IMG/VR virus record: IMGVR_UViG_3300043607_000009
Location: 441 to 64,440 of that record
Length of the DNA: 64,000 nt
Direction: 5' to 3' (one strand)
Source: a virus
Below the pieces are notes generated by a model that was given only the letters and a program-made list of their open reading frames with translations, searched no databases and was not told where the DNA came from. Below, piece by piece: positions 63,258 to 64,000 of the stretch. How positions within the stretch are numbered: position 1 is the first letter of the stretch; the number at the start of each line of letters is the position of its first letter. A program made the translations under genes and the position numbers.

Positions 63258-63431
63258 ATGCCCGTTCCGTCTGAACTGCGCGCGAAGGTCTCGCGCCGCT
63301 ATCGAAAGAACTCCCGTAAACGGGGACTTACCGAGGTTCGCGTGTGGGTGCCCGAGGGGCAAGAGCCCATCATCCGCGACCAGGCGGCCAAAATGCGCCG
63401 CGATTTCGAAGGAGCGCCCAACATTAAGTGA
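63258..63431 (+). CDS. 57-aa MazE/DUF3018-like small DNA-binding protein
   Basis: RYRKNSRKRGLTEVRVWVP. Confidence 0.5.
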   Translation: MPVPSELRAKVSRRYRKNSRKRGLTEVRVWVPEGQEPIIRDQAAKMRRDFEGAPNIK

Positions 63432-63439
63432 AATAGGGC

Positions 63440-63468
63440 TTGCATGTAGGAATGCGCGCATTCATACT
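63440..63468 (+). promoter_or_regulatory. sigma70-like promoter with 14-bp palindrome
   Basis: TTGCAT-17 bp-CATACT; GAATGCGCGCATTC at 63450-63463. Confidence 0.55.
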
Positions 63469-63535
63469 CTCTTCCACGGGCAAGGCCCGTAACGCGCGGG
63501 GACTGCGGAACGTCCTCACCGGAAGGAGTACGAAA

Positions 63536-64000
63536 ATGTCGAACATCATGACCGCCTCGCGCCAGTGGGCCACTCGTCCGTCGGACGAGCGCTTCTTGGA
63601 TCTCAACGAGCTTCACAGCGCGACTCACGAGTCCCGTAGGCTCTCCGCCGCGAAGGTTCTCTCGAACCGCGCTCGCCGCGGACTGCCTGAACTACGGCAT
63701 CCGCCATGGGCGCGACGTGGAAGAGCTTGGCATCCTGCTCCGCAAGCCGCGCACCGTCGAGGGCGTGCAGGCGGCCGTCGCGAAGGAGCTCAATCCCGAG
63801 CACACCTTCGCCGAGCTCCTCAAGAAGCCGGTGATCACGCCCGCGAACGCGCCGAGCCCGACGCTCGCGGCGGTCACGGGTCCGAACTACGGCCGCGTCT
63901 GGAACCACGAGGTCGTCAACGCGCTGATCAAGCACTTCGGCGACGGCGTGACGGGTTCCTTCCGCGTGCCGGGGATCTTCGGCAAGGCCCTCACCGAGAT
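63536..64000 (+). pseudogene. DUF932-like gene, 5' part, frameshifted near 63669
   Basis: AAGGAG SD; MSNIMTASRQWATRPSDERF...; the family-like continuation LAADCLNYG...GPNYGRVW...FGDG is in the +1 frame. Confidence 0.6.

Larger units (their letters stand above)
61082..63274 (+). pseudogene. DUF1643 gene interrupted by IS1595-family element
   Basis: 5' part LSACGLYRFALWR; 3' part FLMNNPSTADA..DD.TIRR..GFA..WG...AWG...LGLTK.G.PKHPLY; removing the IS and one TSD restores the frame (GHR-SMLFLMNNP). Confidence 0.88.

Noticed and set aside
1-64000. tRNA, rRNA, CRISPR array, integrase
   Set aside because: None recognised by eye; tRNAscan-SE, Infernal and HMM searches would be needed to exclude divergent ones

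Overview
The window is almost certainly a near-complete (about 64 kb, GC-rich) tailed dsDNA phage genome with a podovirus-like gene set. Bases 1-108 look like the C-terminus of the same DUF932-like gene whose N-terminus starts at 63536, so the genome is probably circular or permuted and only slightly longer than the window. Layout: (1) + strand replication module, about 0.1-12.2 kb: UDG-fused family A DNA polymerase with two inteins, Cas4/RecB-like exonuclease, Sak4-like ATPase, SSB, SNF2 helicase, VRR-NUC-like nuclease. (2) - strand virion, lysis and packaging module, about 12.2-48 kb: ejection proteins, tail hub, fibres, adaptors, M15 endolysin, major capsid, scaffold, GroES, portal, and terminase with a class-3-type LAGLIDADG intein. 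(3) - strand accessory genes, small terminase and primase-helicase, about 48-58.7 kb. (4) + strand early region, about 58.9-64 kb, with an IS1595-family element (24-bp IRs, 8-bp target duplication) inserted in a DUF1643 gene, and several genes that look internally deleted. The most striking observation is that neither polymerase intein has a recognisable in-frame homing endonuclease. Instead each nests a separate endonuclease gene in another reading frame: a DUF559/Vsr-like nuclease on the antisense strand (intein 1) and an HNH in a shifted sense frame with its own Shine-Dalgarno (intein 2). Also notable: an x-x-x-G-G motif (e.g. FAKGG, FAEGG) repeated about 21 times in six putative internal virion proteins, an IS1595-N-terminus/HNH chimera, and a candidate origin. 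All family assignments come from motif recognition by eye, not database searches. No tRNA, rRNA, CRISPR array or integrase was recognised.
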